64,000 nucleotides of DNA from Verrucomicrobiota bacterium (GCA_047947115.1 CP170459.1:64001-128000), one strand, 5' to 3'. Positions 19,017-30,191 are shown, counted from the first letter of the stretch. Notes: a model not told the origin generated them from the sequence alone. Translations and numbers: made by a program.

Positions 19017-21728
19017 ATGAATGCAGATCAAATCACTCAAACCGCTTGGCACGCGCTGGAAGAAAGCGAAGTCGCCAATCTTTTGGGGGTCGATTTCCGG
19101 CATGGCCTCAGCCCCAGCGAAGTGAGTGAACGACGCCAAACTTATGGTTCGAACCGCTTAACCGCACGACCGGGAATACCTGAATGGAAACGATTTGCTC
19201 AACAATGGCAGCAACCGTTGATTTATATACTCCTTGCGGCTGCAGCGGTGACGTTCGCACTGCAGGAATATGTGGATTCTTCCGTCATTTTCCTGGTTGT
19301 CCTGATCAACGCGATTGTTGGCTACCTCCAGGAAAGCCGAGCGGAAAAGGCCATTGAAGCGCTGGCTCAGATGACCCCCACCGAGGCGGTTGTCCGTCGC
19401 GACGGACACACTTTCAAGCTCCCCGCTCCGGATTTGGTGCCGGGCGACATCGTGCTTCTTCAAACAGGCGACAAAGTCCCGGCCGATCTCAGATTGTTCC
19501 GATGCAAACACCTGCAGGCGGATGAATCTGCCTTGACCGGGGAATCTCTTCCAACTTCAAAAGGCGCCTCGCTCATGGAGATGAACACTCTGATGGCGGA
19601 TCGAAGCAATATCGCCTACGCAGGAACACTAATCACTCATGGCCAGGCAGAAGGCGTTGTATGGGCTACGGGAGACAAAACCGAAACAGGACGTATCGCC
19701 GGTCTTATTCATGGAGCTGGCAACTTGAGCACGCCGCTCACGCGAAAGATTCAACAGTTCAGCAAGGTGTTGCTTGTCGCGATTTTAATACTCGCTACCT
19801 TGACATTTGCCGTTGGACTCTCAAGAGGAGAAAACGCGGTCGAAATGTTCATAGCAGCTGTGGCGCTGGCCGTTGGAGCCATTCCGGAGGGCCTACCGGC
19901 TGCCGTCACCATCACCCTCGCCATCGGAGTCAATCGCATGGCCAAACGCCGCGCCATCATACGGAAATTACCCGCTGTTGAAACCCTGGGAAGCACAACA
20001 GTGGTGTGTTCGGACAAGACGGGAACCTTGACGGAAAACCAAATGACGGTGAAGGCGATCTTTGCCGGAGACAACTTGTTCAACCTCACCGGAACAGGAT
20101 ATAATCCGGAGGGAAACATCCTTTTGGGGCAACACGCCGCTGACCTGAAAGCCCACCACGCCCTACATGAATGCTTGCTTGCCGGTTTGTTGTGTAATGA
20201 TTCCCAAATCCTGGTGGAAGATGGCAACTGGAAGATTCAGGGAGACCCGACCGAAGCTTCCCTGATCGTGGCAGCCGCCAAGGCCGGAATTAGTGAATCC
20301 GAATGGACTCTCGTCTACCAGCGCATCGACTCCATCCCATTCGAATCCGAGCAGCAGTACATGGCCACCCTCCACACTCATCAAGCTCCCGGTCGACGTA
20401 TTATCTTCAAAAAGGGCGCCATCGAACGCCTCATTGACCGTTGCCAGGACATGCTCAGCGATGACGGAGAGACACGTGATCTGGATATCAAAAAAATATG
20501 CGAAACAGCAGAAGGAATGGCCAGCAAAGGTATGCGCGTGCTGGCCATCACCCGACGTTTCACACACGGAAACCACGCCGAACTGAATCATGAACATGTG
20601 AAGGAGGGACTGACTTTCATCGGTCTGGTCGGTATGATTGATCCACCGAGAAAGGAAGCCATCGCATCTGTAGCAAAATGTCAATCAGCTGGCGTGCAGG
20701 TGAAAATGATTACCGGCGATCACATCATCACGGCAAAAGCCATCGCCAATGAACTAGGTCTGCGTTCGCCCGATGGCGGAGAATTGATGGCGGTGACCGG
20801 CGGTGAACTGGCAGAGACATCCGACCTGGACCTGCCGGAACTCGTCAAAAAGGCAAGCGTCTTCGCACGAGTCGCTCCGGAACAAAAACTAAAACTTGTG
20901 CGCACGCTGCAGGACATGGGCCACGTGGTTGCTATGACCGGAGATGGAGTCAATGATGCCCCCGCCCTTAAACAGGCTGACATAGGCATCGCGATGGGAA
21001 TAACGGGTACGGAAGTCGCCAAGGGAGCGGCGGACATGCTTCTGACAAACGACAATTTTTCGTCCATCGAAGCGGCGATTGAGGAAGGACGAGGTGTGTT
21101 TGACAACCTGACCAAGTTCATCGTCTGGACCTTACCCACGAATGCCGGCGAGGGCCTGATCATATTGACCGCCATTTTGCTTGGAACCGCACTACCTGTT
21201 CTTCCGCTACATATCCTTTGGATCAACATGTCCACCGCAATCTTGTTGGGACTGATGCTGGTTTTTGAACCCAAGGAATCTAATCTGATGCAGCGTAACC
21301 CCAGAGATCCGAAGAAACCCATCCTGACAAGCACCATGTTTCTCCGCATCTCAATGGTCACCTGTATCATGCTTACCGGTGCATTTGGATTGTTCTTGCT
21401 GGAAAGAAAAATGTGGGGCACCGATTTGGCCGAGGCGCGCACGATTGCGATGAACGTGATCGTCATGGTGGAAGCGGCATTCCTCCTCAATTGCCGATCC
21501 CTCACCCACTCCCTTTTTAAAGTGGGAACGTTCACGAACAAATGGATTTATATGGGCATGGGCACCATGTTGCTGGCACAACTCGCCATCACCTATCTCC
21601 CCTGGGCGAACAGCATCCTTCAGACTGCACCTCTGGGATTCGGATCCTGGGTGAGAATCCTTGGCATCGGGGTATTGACATTTTTAATCGTTGAGACAGA
21701 AAAATGGATACGGATGCGCTTGGACTGA
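19017..21728 (+). CDS. Cation-transporting P-type ATPase (type IIA, Ca2+-like)
   Basis: TGES, PEGL, DKTGTLT, KGA, MITGD, TGDGVNDAPALK motifs. Confidence 0.95.
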   Translation: MNADQITQTAWHALEESEVANLLGVDFRHGLSPSEVSERRQTYGSNRLTARPGIPEWKRFAQQWQQPLIYILLAAAAVTFALQEYVDSSVIFLVVLINAIVGYLQESRAEKAIEALAQMTPTEAVVRRDGHTFKLPAPDLVPGDIVLLQTGDKVPADLRLFRCKHLQADESALTGESLPTSKGASLMEMNTLMADRSNIAYAGTLITHGQAEGVVWATGDKTETGRIAGLIHGAGNLSTPLTRKIQQFSKVLLVAILILATLTFAVGLSRGENAVEMFIAAVALAVGAIPEGLPAAVTITLAIGVNRMAKRRAIIRKLPAVETLGSTTVVCSDKTGTLTENQMTVKAIFAGDNLFNLTGTGYNPEGNILLGQHAADLKAHHALHECLLAGLLCNDSQILVEDGNWKIQGDPTEASLIVAAAKAGISESEWTLVYQRIDSIPFESEQQYMATLHTHQAPGRRIIFKKGAIERLIDRCQDMLSDDGETRDLDIKKICETAEGMASKGMRVLAITRRFTHGNHAELNHEHVKEGLTFIGLVGMIDPPRKEAIASVAKCQSAGVQVKMITGDHIITAKAIANELGLRSPDGGELMAVTGGELAETSDLDLPELVKKASVFARVAPEQKLKLVRTLQDMGHVVAMTGDGVNDAPALKQADIGIAMGITGTEVAKGAADMLLTNDNFSSIEAAIEEGRGVFDNLTKFIVWTLPTNAGEGLIILTAILLGTALPVLPLHILWINMSTAILLGLMLVFEPKESNLMQRNPRDPKKPILTSTMFLRISMVTCIMLTGAFGLFLLERKMWGTDLAEARTIAMNVIVMVEAAFLLNCRSLTHSLFKVGTFTNKWIYMGMGTMLLAQLAITYLPWANSILQTAPLGFGSWVRILGIGVLTFLIVETEKWIRMRLD

Positions 21729-21856
21729 CATCCAGCATGCCGCTCTACATCCTCAGCGCAGGTGCCAAGGCAGACCCAATTGGAAAACTTAAATCGCTGG
21801 GGTGCAAGTGACTCTTTGATCAGCCCCCTTGATGTATTTTTGTCGTTCTTAATGTT

Positions 21857-23470
21857 TCAAATTTGTTGATTGGACGTCGATTGTTTCCTGGCCCCAAGCC
21901 AACCTTCTACCTTAGCATGCAAAGCAGGCAACAACACAAGGGTCAAAAAAGTCGATGATAAGATGCCAACGATGACCACAGTGGCAAGAGGCTTTTGAAC
22001 TTCAGCACCGGAACCGGTTGCAACCGCCATCGGAACAAATCCAAGGCCGGCCACCATGGCGGTCATGAAAACCGGAGGCAGACGTTGCATGGCTCCGGTT
22101 TCCACCGACCTGAGCACCGATTCGCCATCACGACGCGATTCATTGAAACAATTGAACAAAACCAGCACATTGAGCACCGCAACACCACTGAGCGCAATGA
22201 ACCCAACTCCAGCTGAAATGCTGAAGAGAATCCCCCTCACCCAAAGCGCCAACACACCTCCGGTCACCGCCAGGGGTATACCGGTGTAAACCAAAACAGA
22301 GTGCGCCAAACTCCCCAATGCGGCATAAACGAGAACAAAGATAAGCACCAAGGCGAGCAGCGTGCCAAACATCAACCCTGCACGAGTTTGACGCAAGTTC
22401 TCAAATTGCCCGCCAAACTCAATTCGAATTCCTTCAGGCAATACAACAGCCTCATTCACGTAACTTTCAACGTCCTGTTTGGCAATGTTGACCATGATGG
22501 CAACACGACGTTATCCTGACGCTCGGGAAATGGCATCCACTTCGTCTTTACGAAACGGATTCACAAGTTGTTCAAGTCGAACCAAACCTCCATCATGGGT
22601 TCTCACCGGCAAGTTGAGCAGTATTTCCAATTGTTCACGATCCTTGTCCGACAAACGAAGCACAAGGTCTCGTCTTCGATTGCCATCAATCATGATACCT
22701 GTGGTCTGTCCGGCCATCGCACATCGAATGGTTTCGTTGACATCATCCATGTGCACGTTCCACCGGGCTGCTGCCGCGCGGTCCAGAACAAATTCCAGGA
22801 CGGGGGTTCGGCCTTGTGTTTCAAATTCAGCTTCGGCTGTTCCGGGCAAGGATTCTAGAATCTCCTTGATCTGCTCCGCGACGGATTCCATCTGATCGAT
22901 ATCCTCTCCAAATACTTTGACGGCAATATCCGACCGAATCCCTTCCAACATCTCATTGAATCGCATCTCGATCGGCTGTGCGAAGAAATAGGTTTGTTCG
23001 GGCACCTCCTCACTCAATTCATTCGATATCAACTCAACCAATCTCTCCTTGGTGATGGTCTTCCCGTTTTCTTTTCTCCATTCGCTTTGTGGTTTGTAGA
23101 AAATGTAGAGATCATATTCGCCGGGCGACATCGGATCGGTGGCCACTTCTGATGTGCCAATCCTGGAAAAGGTACGGGTGACCTCGGGGATCTTTGTGGT
23201 CAGGTATGCTTCCGTCCTTCTGGCTCGTTTCAATGATGTTTTCAAACTGGTACTGGCTGGTTGATAAACCATGGCAGTGAACGAGCCTTCATCAAGAGTC
23301 GGAACAAACTCGGCTCCCAAACTCATCAAATTCCCCGAAATCCCATAGTGCACCATCCCGGTTATCGCAAAGAGAAAGGATAATGGAATGGCAGCCGCAA
23401 CAATCAGAGCAGCCTTCCAATTGCCCAATAGAGTTAGAAGTACAACGATCACAAGAATCGCTCCATCACG
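21857..23470 (-). pseudogene. czcA: Eroded CzcA/CusA heavy-metal RND pump
   Basis: GNLMSLGA fused directly to EFVPTLDEG; FAQPIEMRFNEM; GFIALSGVAVLN; GSGAEVQKPLATVV. In-frame TAA at 22511-22513. N-terminal third missing. Confidence 0.85.
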
Positions 23471-24015
23471 CCACATTTTCATGGATGGCATGCGCAACGA
23501 ATATGTCTGCAATGCGTTCATCAAATCCGCCGCACTTCTCGTCGAGTCATTTCCAGAGATGCCTGAGCCTGTTTCAGGCGAATGCGCTCGATTTCTGTTC
23601 TGGAACTTCGATTATTCCAAAGAGGCACCTTGATCGACAATCCCAACTCGGCCATGTCAATGTCCCGATTCGCAATGGCCCGTTTTAATTGCAACCTTTT
23701 GGAAAATTCAATGGGCTTTAGCAAACTCAAAGACCAGGCCAGCCCGTCTGATTTCGTAATAGCCAAATCATCAACCATCCACTGCCCGACCTGGGCACTG
23801 AGATTGGGGTTCTGCAAGCGTCCTGCCGTTTTGGAGCCTTGTTTGGCAGCTTCTGTTTCCTGTTCATAATATTGCAATTAAGGATTGGAAGGAAAAACAG
23901 CGGCTTCCAATGCTTCCAGTGTGAATAATCGAACAGATTTTTCCTGTTCTTGTGCGAATAAATATTGTGTCAGCACAGCAGACACAATAGAGAGACAAAC
24001 TACTTTTTTGTACAT
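23471..24015 (-). pseudogene. Eroded TolC/CzcC outer-membrane factor
   Basis: Signal peptide, LEA...NP*LQYY (in-frame TAA 23878-23880), AGRLQNPNL, GLSIKVPLWN. Internally deleted and joined to the czcA remnant; the boundary is approximate. Confidence 0.7.
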
Positions 24016-24282
24016 TTTAATGGTTTGGCGGAGTTCCCAGCCCAAGGTTGAAAATACGCATTTAGAAGTGATTACCCGATTTCGTGTGCCTGTCTGTTGC
24101 TGCGTATGAATCGATTCGCAGGTGAAACCACCCAATGGAGTCTAAACGGGGATGAAGCGCTCCGAAAAGAAACCGCGAAACCTCAGGGAATACACAAAGG
24201 GATACTTCAGGATACCATCCTTCAAATGCTGCAATTTTTATTGGACAAAAAAGAGCACCTGTAACGTCCTATTATAAACCGA

Positions 24283-24813
24283 ATGGATGTATCGCAACAA
24301 ATTGCCAGGTGTTATGACACACATGCTCGTGCGCTGTATGCGCATGCGTTGGTGATGACGTCCGATCCGGCTGACGCGGAGGAGGTACTGCAGAACGTAT
24401 TTGCTGGGCTGATCAGGAGACCTGAGGCACTCCAATCCGCTCGCGACGATAAGGCAGTACTCATGAAATGGGTACACGACGCCGCCGTGGACCTGATCCG
24501 CAGCAATGCCCGCCGCCGCGATCGAAATGAAATCTGGCAGGCAAACACCGTTTCCCCCTTTGCAAAAACAGAAGATCCCGACAAAGACGCTTACGCACAA
24601 GCCGTCTGGGAAGCCTTGAATCAATTGCCCGAAGAACAACGATCCGTCGTTCATTTACGCCTGTGGGAAGGCTATACATTCGAGACGATCGCCTCGACCC
24701 TCAACATATCCATCAACACCGCCGGCAGTCGATTTCGCTACGGAATAGACAAAATGCGCGAACGACTGCGGCCTCTATATGAAGAACTGAAGGACTATCA
24801 TGGATGCCTTTGA
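24283..24813 (+). CDS. ECF RNA polymerase sigma factor
   Basis: DAEEVLQNVF (region 2); ALNQLPEEQRSVVHLR...IASTLNISINTAGSR (region 4). Confidence 0.92.
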   Translation: MDVSQQIARCYDTHARALYAHALVMTSDPADAEEVLQNVFAGLIRRPEALQSARDDKAVLMKWVHDAAVDLIRSNARRRDRNEIWQANTVSPFAKTEDPDKDAYAQAVWEALNQLPEEQRSVVHLRLWEGYTFETIASTLNISINTAGSRFRYGIDKMRERLRPLYEELKDYHGCL

Positions 24814-25282
24814 AAAGCACTTAAGCGAACTCAAGTTTCAGGAACCATCCGGCGACCTAAGAGAGAAATGCCTGGCTGATCTGAGGAGGATATCTGACGC
24901 CCCTGAAAGCCAAGGGAATGAAATGGCACTTGGTTTCTGGTCGACCTGGCTCTGGCCGCACCCGAAGGTCTGGGGTGGACTCGCGGCTGTATGGTTCGTG
25001 TGTTTCGGTTTGAATCAGTGGACATTGTCTTTACCGAATTACACTCGAAGCACCATCGCATCCAGTCCGATCAATCCTGACATTCAAAAAATCACCGTCC
25101 TGCACTACTCCCTCGCACTGGATGCGGACAACTTGGACAACATCCTGGAACCACAAACACCACCCGCTGAAGTCCCAGAAGACGAAATTCGCCCGAACGC
25201 GTTCCTACAACGCTACCGCTATCTGGAGTGCGTGTGGCTTGACACCGCTCTGGATACGATCCGACAACGTGATTGCGTATAA
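24800..25282 (+). CDS. Putative membrane anti-sigma factor
   Basis: Overlaps the sigma stop codon. FEKHL N-terminus and a single TM helix (WLWPHPKVWGGLAAVW). Confidence 0.65.
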   Translation: MDAFEKHLSELKFQEPSGDLREKCLADLRRISDAPESQGNEMALGFWSTWLWPHPKVWGGLAAVWFVCFGLNQWTLSLPNYTRSTIASSPINPDIQKITVLHYSLALDADNLDNILEPQTPPAEVPEDEIRPNAFLQRYRYLECVWLDTALDTIRQRDCV

Positions 25283-25486
25283 TTACCTGCTGGCATCTTT
25301 TCTCAGAATGAAGTTGTTGTTTGGACGTTGGGGTGAGGCTGGCTATTTAAAAAAAACTTTGAACACCCATTGCCGCAAAAATCGTATCCAGAGCGGTGCT
25401 GTAAACCGCACTCCAGAGTGCCCCATGGCTCTTGTGGAGACAGAAATAAATATCACGCTCCAAACCTAATCCTTCACCAAACTGTT

Positions 25487-27250
25487 ATGACAGAATCTCA
25501 AAAGAAAAAATCCATCTTAACCCGCCCCATCAGGTGGCCCTGGCCACTCAATAGGATTTTCGGCTTTCTCTTTTCGAAAAAAATGGTGCGCCTGTATCTT
25601 TTCTCGGCGGCGTGCCTGATCACCTTGATCATCGCCTTTTACACAGTCGAAAACATCCGGGCAAAAATAGCCTGGTCCAAACACGTGAAGGAGTTGAAAG
25701 CCAAAGGCATTTCTGTGGACTTCAAGGACTACATTCCCCCTGAAATTCCGGACGATGAAAACCTGGCAAAGATTCCAATGTTTACTGCCTTGGAATATGA
25801 ACGCAAACCTGTGGTCAAACAAAGATATCCTTGGGATCCGGGCGATATAAAGTGGAAAGATGAATCATTCGGAATTCTGCCTTCCCTTTCCGTTTATTTT
25901 AGAAAGGTCAGAAACTACGACATACTGGATGATAAAGGAGACATTCAGGAAGTAGTCCAGCGGTACGGAACAAGACTCACTTACGGTACTGATGAGGCAT
26001 ATGGAAATTGGATCGAAGGTAAATCCTTTGATTTTCCAGTTTTCCAAATCTATTACCGTGGAACCAATGCAGTCGATATAGATCTCAGCTATTCCCCCCA
26101 CAAAGCACTCCTGCAGGATCCGGAAATGATAAACGTTTGGGAAAGAAAAGATACGGTATTTCCCTTTCCTAAGGTCCCCGGCTCTCCCGCAATAGACGTT
26201 GAATACGCGCTTAAGAAATTTGATCCTATTTGGTTGGAACTGATCCAAGCATCCAATCAGCGCCCTGAGTTGCGCTTCCCTTTAGAGTACGAAGAGCTTT
26301 ATGGCTGCTTACTCCCGCACTTATCGTACATCAAGAGCGTTCACCAGTATGGCAAATTGAGAGCATCCGCGGAATTGCACGCAGGTCACCACCAGGAAGG
26401 AACAGATTCGATCTGCTTAATGCTTCAACTGGTTGATAAGCTGGAATCCGAAGCATTTCTGATCTCTTATCTTGTCCGAATTGCCGACCTACAGCTGACG
26501 ATCCACCCGTTGTGGGAAGGAATCACTCATCACCTCTTCGATGAAAATGATCTTCAAAAGATATTTGGTCAACTCGCCGACATGACTTTTATTCCGCAGC
26601 TCAAACATGCATACGGTATGGAGAGAGCGGTCCACGTAGCCGAGATTGAACGTGTATCCAAACACAGATCTTACTTCGAACGTGTATCCAATTCGACAGG
26701 AAAGGATGATACAAACTGGCTTGGGCCATGGACGTTCGAAACTTACATCCACTTGGCGCCAAAAGGTTGGATCACGCGAAACGTCCTTTCATTTTCCAAT
26801 AATCTGGCAAAACTGGAAGAAGCATTGAAGAGTTGGGAAGCAGGAAACACAAAGGCCTATGAACAATTCAAACAATCCTATGAAAGATCCTTAACGGAAC
26901 CCGTAACTGTCTATAATGCTTTACGAAAACATTTAGCATTCAGCCATATCAATTCCCTAACCAAAGCCCTCCGTGCCGAAGCGACCGTCATCATCGCCAA
27001 AACGGCGGTTGCCCTCGAGCGTTATTATTTGAACCAATCCGCTTACCCCGAATCCTTATCAGAACTCGTCCCGCATTTTCTGCCTGAAGTCCCCATCGAT
27101 CCCATTGATCTACAGCCGCTGCATTATCAGAAAAGGCCAAACCACCAATTCATACTTTACTCCATCGGAGCCAATGAAAAGGATGACGAAGGCGAAATTC
27201 ACAAAGATAACAACAGGGGAGACTGGGTCTGGCGTTGGCCAGTTGAATAA
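25487..27250 (+). CDS. Membrane-anchored protein with GspG/pseudopilin-like C-terminus
   Basis: One N-terminal TM helix; C-terminal ALERYY...YPESLSELVP...PIDP...LYSIG.N..DD.G. Confidence 0.7.
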   Translation: MTESQKKKSILTRPIRWPWPLNRIFGFLFSKKMVRLYLFSAACLITLIIAFYTVENIRAKIAWSKHVKELKAKGISVDFKDYIPPEIPDDENLAKIPMFTALEYERKPVVKQRYPWDPGDIKWKDESFGILPSLSVYFRKVRNYDILDDKGDIQEVVQRYGTRLTYGTDEAYGNWIEGKSFDFPVFQIYYRGTNAVDIDLSYSPHKALLQDPEMINVWERKDTVFPFPKVPGSPAIDVEYALKKFDPIWLELIQASNQRPELRFPLEYEELYGCLLPHLSYIKSVHQYGKLRASAELHAGHHQEGTDSICLMLQLVDKLESEAFLISYLVRIADLQLTIHPLWEGITHHLFDENDLQKIFGQLADMTFIPQLKHAYGMERAVHVAEIERVSKHRSYFERVSNSTGKDDTNWLGPWTFETYIHLAPKGWITRNVLSFSNNLAKLEEALKSWEAGNTKAYEQFKQSYERSLTEPVTVYNALRKHLAFSHINSLTKALRAEATVIIAKTAVALERYYLNQSAYPESLSELVPHFLPEVPIDPIDLQPLHYQKRPNHQFILYSIGANEKDDEGEIHKDNNRGDWVWRWPVE

Positions 27251-27262
27251 GCGATATAAGAA

Positions 27263-27303
27263 ACTTTGCGCCCTTTGCGACTTCAGCGCAGCGGACGTGA
27301 TAT
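27263..27303 (+). repeat. REP-like intergenic repeat
   Basis: CTTTGCGCC-CTTTGCGAC-TTCAGCGCAGCGGACGTGA between convergent genes, resembling the 44.5 and 45.3 kb copies. Confidence 0.45.
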
Positions 27304-27328
27304 AAATCAATTCGCAGGATTGGTTCGT

Positions 27329-28414
27329 TTACGGTTTGCCACCGTTTCGCATCCCCTTGTAAACCGTCACCCCCAATGTCAAAACGGTCAGCGGAAGGAC
27401 AAAAATCCCCATCACCCACTCCAGCGTACGGAGGTGTTGGCTCCCCTTGGCTTCGAGGATCAAAAAGACGATGTAGACCACGAAGTAGAACAAGAACAAT
27501 CCTCCTTCGGCTCTCGATATTTCCCTGCCGGTGAAAAAAATCGGCAGGCAGGCAAGCGCCACGGCAATCATCACCAGCATGTCAAACTTGATTGCGTCCT
27601 CTGGAACCGGAACTCCACCGGGCGCAATGCTTGCCGTCAAGCCAAGCACACAAAGCAAATTAAACAAATTGCTCCCGACGATGTTTCCAACCGCCAGATC
27701 GCGTTCATTATTCCGGATCGCCATCAGGGACGTCACGATTTCGGGAAGAGAGGTCCCAACTGCGACCACCGTCAAACCAATAATGAGTTCCTGGACCCCA
27801 AATGCCTCAGCGATGGAAACCGCACCGGATATCATCCACTTGGCTCCCATCACCAACAAACACAATCCCGAACCAACAAAAAACAGATGCAATAACACTG
27901 AAGTAAATAGTCGCTCTTTAGTTTGAGGAGATGATTCGCCTCTGTGACGAATGGCATTCATTTCACTACGTCCGTGTTTTAATTTCCACAGCGTGTATGT
28001 GACGAGCGCCAAAAACAAGAAGAAGCCATCCCATCTTCCCAAACGCCCATCCAATGCCAAGAGCCAGGTCGCGACCGAAGCACCGACCATGACCGGCACA
28101 TCAAAACGAACCAGACGCTTGGAAGCGGCCAATGGCACCAGAGAAGCGGAAATCCCCAGAACCAATAGGATGTTGCAAATATTGCTCCCGACAACATTCC
28201 CCACCGAAATCCCAGGATTCCCTGCCGAAACAGATCGATATGTCACCGCAAACTCAGGCGCACTTGTTCCAAAGGCAACCACGGTCAAACCAATCACCAT
28301 GGGCGAAAGCCGGACAATGCGCGCCAATCCGACAGAACCCCGCACCAGCAGTTCTCCCCCGCCAGCCAGTCCCACCAATCCAATGCAGATAAGTAATATG
28401 GATGACACACTCAT
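27329..28414 (-). CDS. Calcium/sodium antiporter (YrbG family)
   Basis: Duplicated alpha-repeats GTSAPE/GTSLPE and GNVVGSN/GNIVGSN. Confidence 0.95.
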   Translation of the reverse strand: MSVSSILLICIGLVGLAGGGELLVRGSVGLARIVRLSPMVIGLTVVAFGTSAPEFAVTYRSVSAGNPGISVGNVVGSNICNILLVLGISASLVPLAASKRLVRFDVPVMVGASVATWLLALDGRLGRWDGFFLFLALVTYTLWKLKHGRSEMNAIRHRGESSPQTKERLFTSVLLHLFFVGSGLCLLVMGAKWMISGAVSIAEAFGVQELIIGLTVVAVGTSLPEIVTSLMAIRNNERDLAVGNIVGSNLFNLLCVLGLTASIAPGGVPVPEDAIKFDMLVMIAVALACLPIFFTGREISRAEGGLFLFYFVVYIVFLILEAKGSQHLRTLEWVMGIFVLPLTVLTLGVTVYKGMRNGGKP

Positions 28415-28649
28415 TTGACCTTGCGACCCCTCATCGCGTGCTAAAACATGCCACCGTTTTGGAATTTAGAATAGTAAATTAAAAGGTAAAGCGTGTCGTC
28501 TCGGCGCGCAATCCTTGTGGCCCAAATACCCTGCATATCAACTTCCAATGGAAAACCCCACAGTATCCCAAACCCCACATTCGTATCGTTGTCGCTCAAG
28601 AACAGCGCCAATGTTGTTGCAGCAGAACTTTGAAAGTCACGTCCCCTGA

Positions 28650-29085
28650 TGGTCAGGAAGGATTTTGGTCTTCTATGATCGACCAGATTTTCTTCAACGT
28701 TTCTTCGGCGATCAGAATTTCTTCGGCGCCAACTCCTGTTTCACTCGTGGAAAATTGATCATGGGCATAGAAAGCTTTTTGGATTTGGAAGTTTCGGAAG
28801 ATTGAATCAGGATAACCGGCGTCTTTGATGAAGAAGAATCGACCGTGTTAACCTTCGGTTTCATACCTTCCAGTCCTCCTTGGATGGCTTCCCTGATCTC
28901 ATGGAGTTCATCCCCCACTCCGGACAACCGCCTGCCCACAGGACCAAACTGATTATTGTTGTCCTGACCACCGAACAACAGATGATAAATGTCAGCTCGG
29001 TTGGCAAGCATATCTGGGATGGAAAATCGATGTCCGCTGTCGGTATATGGATTCCCGGCCATAACGACCGCCACCCGCCAGCCAC
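28650..29085 (-). pseudogene. Remnant of a large AAA ATPase (DUF3686 / DNA-repair-ATPase-like)
   Basis: Isolated VVMAGNPYTDSGHRFSIPDMLANRADIY motif spliced onto a short, frameshifted C-terminal-like tail. Limits are approximate. Confidence 0.55.
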
Positions 29086-29146
29086 CCAGCAATATTCGGC
29101 ATCCCGCCCTTGACATGCGGCTGGGTTCAGGGGAGCGTTGGGTTTT

Positions 29147-29626
29147 ATGCAATCGGATGGATTTCTAAAGCATTTGGCGATCGCCTTTGGTTTGGCTCTG
29201 GTGGGCTACGGTCTGTTGTATGGCTGCGACCGCCATCTTCGAACACGTCGCGGTGCCTGGGAGTTCACTTTTGCGGCGTCCGCTCAAGGGGAACCGACCC
29301 TGACCATTGATCAGCCGTTTCTTGGGATCAGCAAGGTGCGTATCGTCATCAAAGATGAAATCTATGAAGGAGCCACCCAGCGCATCCGATTCGACAAACC
29401 GGGCATTGAACTTCCATTTGGCAAACCTGTCTTCTACGACACCACCTTTCTGCCCGGTTCCATAACCATGGATTTGTATGGACATGAAGTGGAAGTCCTT
29501 CCCCGGACGTTGATACTGAATTTCAAGGAAAAGCCATGGAAATCGGGTGAGGTGATCTCACTGACGCAGTCAGAAGCTTGGAGCAACAAGCCGGAAATTG
29601 TAACACCTGCACCTCAAACGCAATAA
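29147..29626 (+). CDS. Hypothetical membrane-anchored protein
   Basis: N-terminal TM helix and beta-rich domain; TTGACA at 29110. Confidence 0.7.
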   Translation: MQSDGFLKHLAIAFGLALVGYGLLYGCDRHLRTRRGAWEFTFAASAQGEPTLTIDQPFLGISKVRIVIKDEIYEGATQRIRFDKPGIELPFGKPVFYDTTFLPGSITMDLYGHEVEVLPRTLILNFKEKPWKSGEVISLTQSEAWSNKPEIVTPAPQTQ

Positions 29627-29633
29627 CTTATTC

Positions 29634-29653
29634 AATCCCCTGAGCGGGGGATT
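29634..29653 (+). terminator. Hairpin, possible terminator
   Basis: AATCCCCT-GAGC-GGGGGATT just after the 29626 stop codon. Confidence 0.4.
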
Positions 29654-29740
29654 CGTGGTGATGTTATTTTACTGCCCGCATTGACCTGAGCCCCTGAGCA
29701 AAGTCCAGAATCTGCCCTAAAAGCCAGTGGATGGATGTTT

Positions 29741-29769
29741 ATGTCAACATATCCTTATGCCGATATAAT
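29741..29769 (+). promoter_or_regulatory. Sigma70-like promoter of the STAS operon
   Basis: ATGTCA-N17-TATAAT. Confidence 0.4.
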
Positions 29770-29863
29770 TTACAATCGAGTTGCAAAGAGCCTTCTCTCT
29801 CCTTAAAATATGAAGAAATACATCAGGGAGGCTGAGTCAAGTAACCTTTGGCGCAAAAACATC

Positions 29864-30166
29864 ATGGAATTTGAATCATCGAATGAAAAAATCAATATCC
29901 GCGGAATCACCGAGCTGACCGCGGCAAACGCCGGGTCTGTCAAAGACGAGGTTCGGAGCCGAATTCGGCCGGAGCACGAAGTATTGGACATCGACATGTC
30001 GGAGGTTCGCATCCTGGATAGCAGCGGCTTGGGAACCCTCATCTCGTTACACAAGGTCATGTGCCAACAGAATGGGTTGGTTCGCATCCTGAATCCGACC
30101 CCTATTGTTGAGCAGGTGCTTGAGTTGACGCGCTTGCACCGATTGCTCGAAATCACACGCCAGTAA
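29864..30166 (+). CDS. STAS-domain anti-sigma-factor antagonist
   Basis: DMSEVRILDSSGLGTLI phosphoacceptor motif. Confidence 0.92.
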   Translation: MEFESSNEKINIRGITELTAANAGSVKDEVRSRIRPEHEVLDIDMSEVRILDSSGLGTLISLHKVMCQQNGLVRILNPTPIVEQVLELTRLHRLLEITRQ

Positions 30167-30191
30167 GGCGGCATCCAACCGGTCTTGCTCT

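Noticed and set aside
20720..21541. Long antisense ORFs (also 1201-2079, 34396-35067, 39528-40301)
   Set aside because: They are shadows of well-supported genes on the opposite strand.
16012..23880. TAA reassignment or readthrough (three in-frame TAA codons in metal-related genes)
   Set aside because: Many intact genes here end in TAA, and the czc genes also carry deletions, so these are nonsense mutations.
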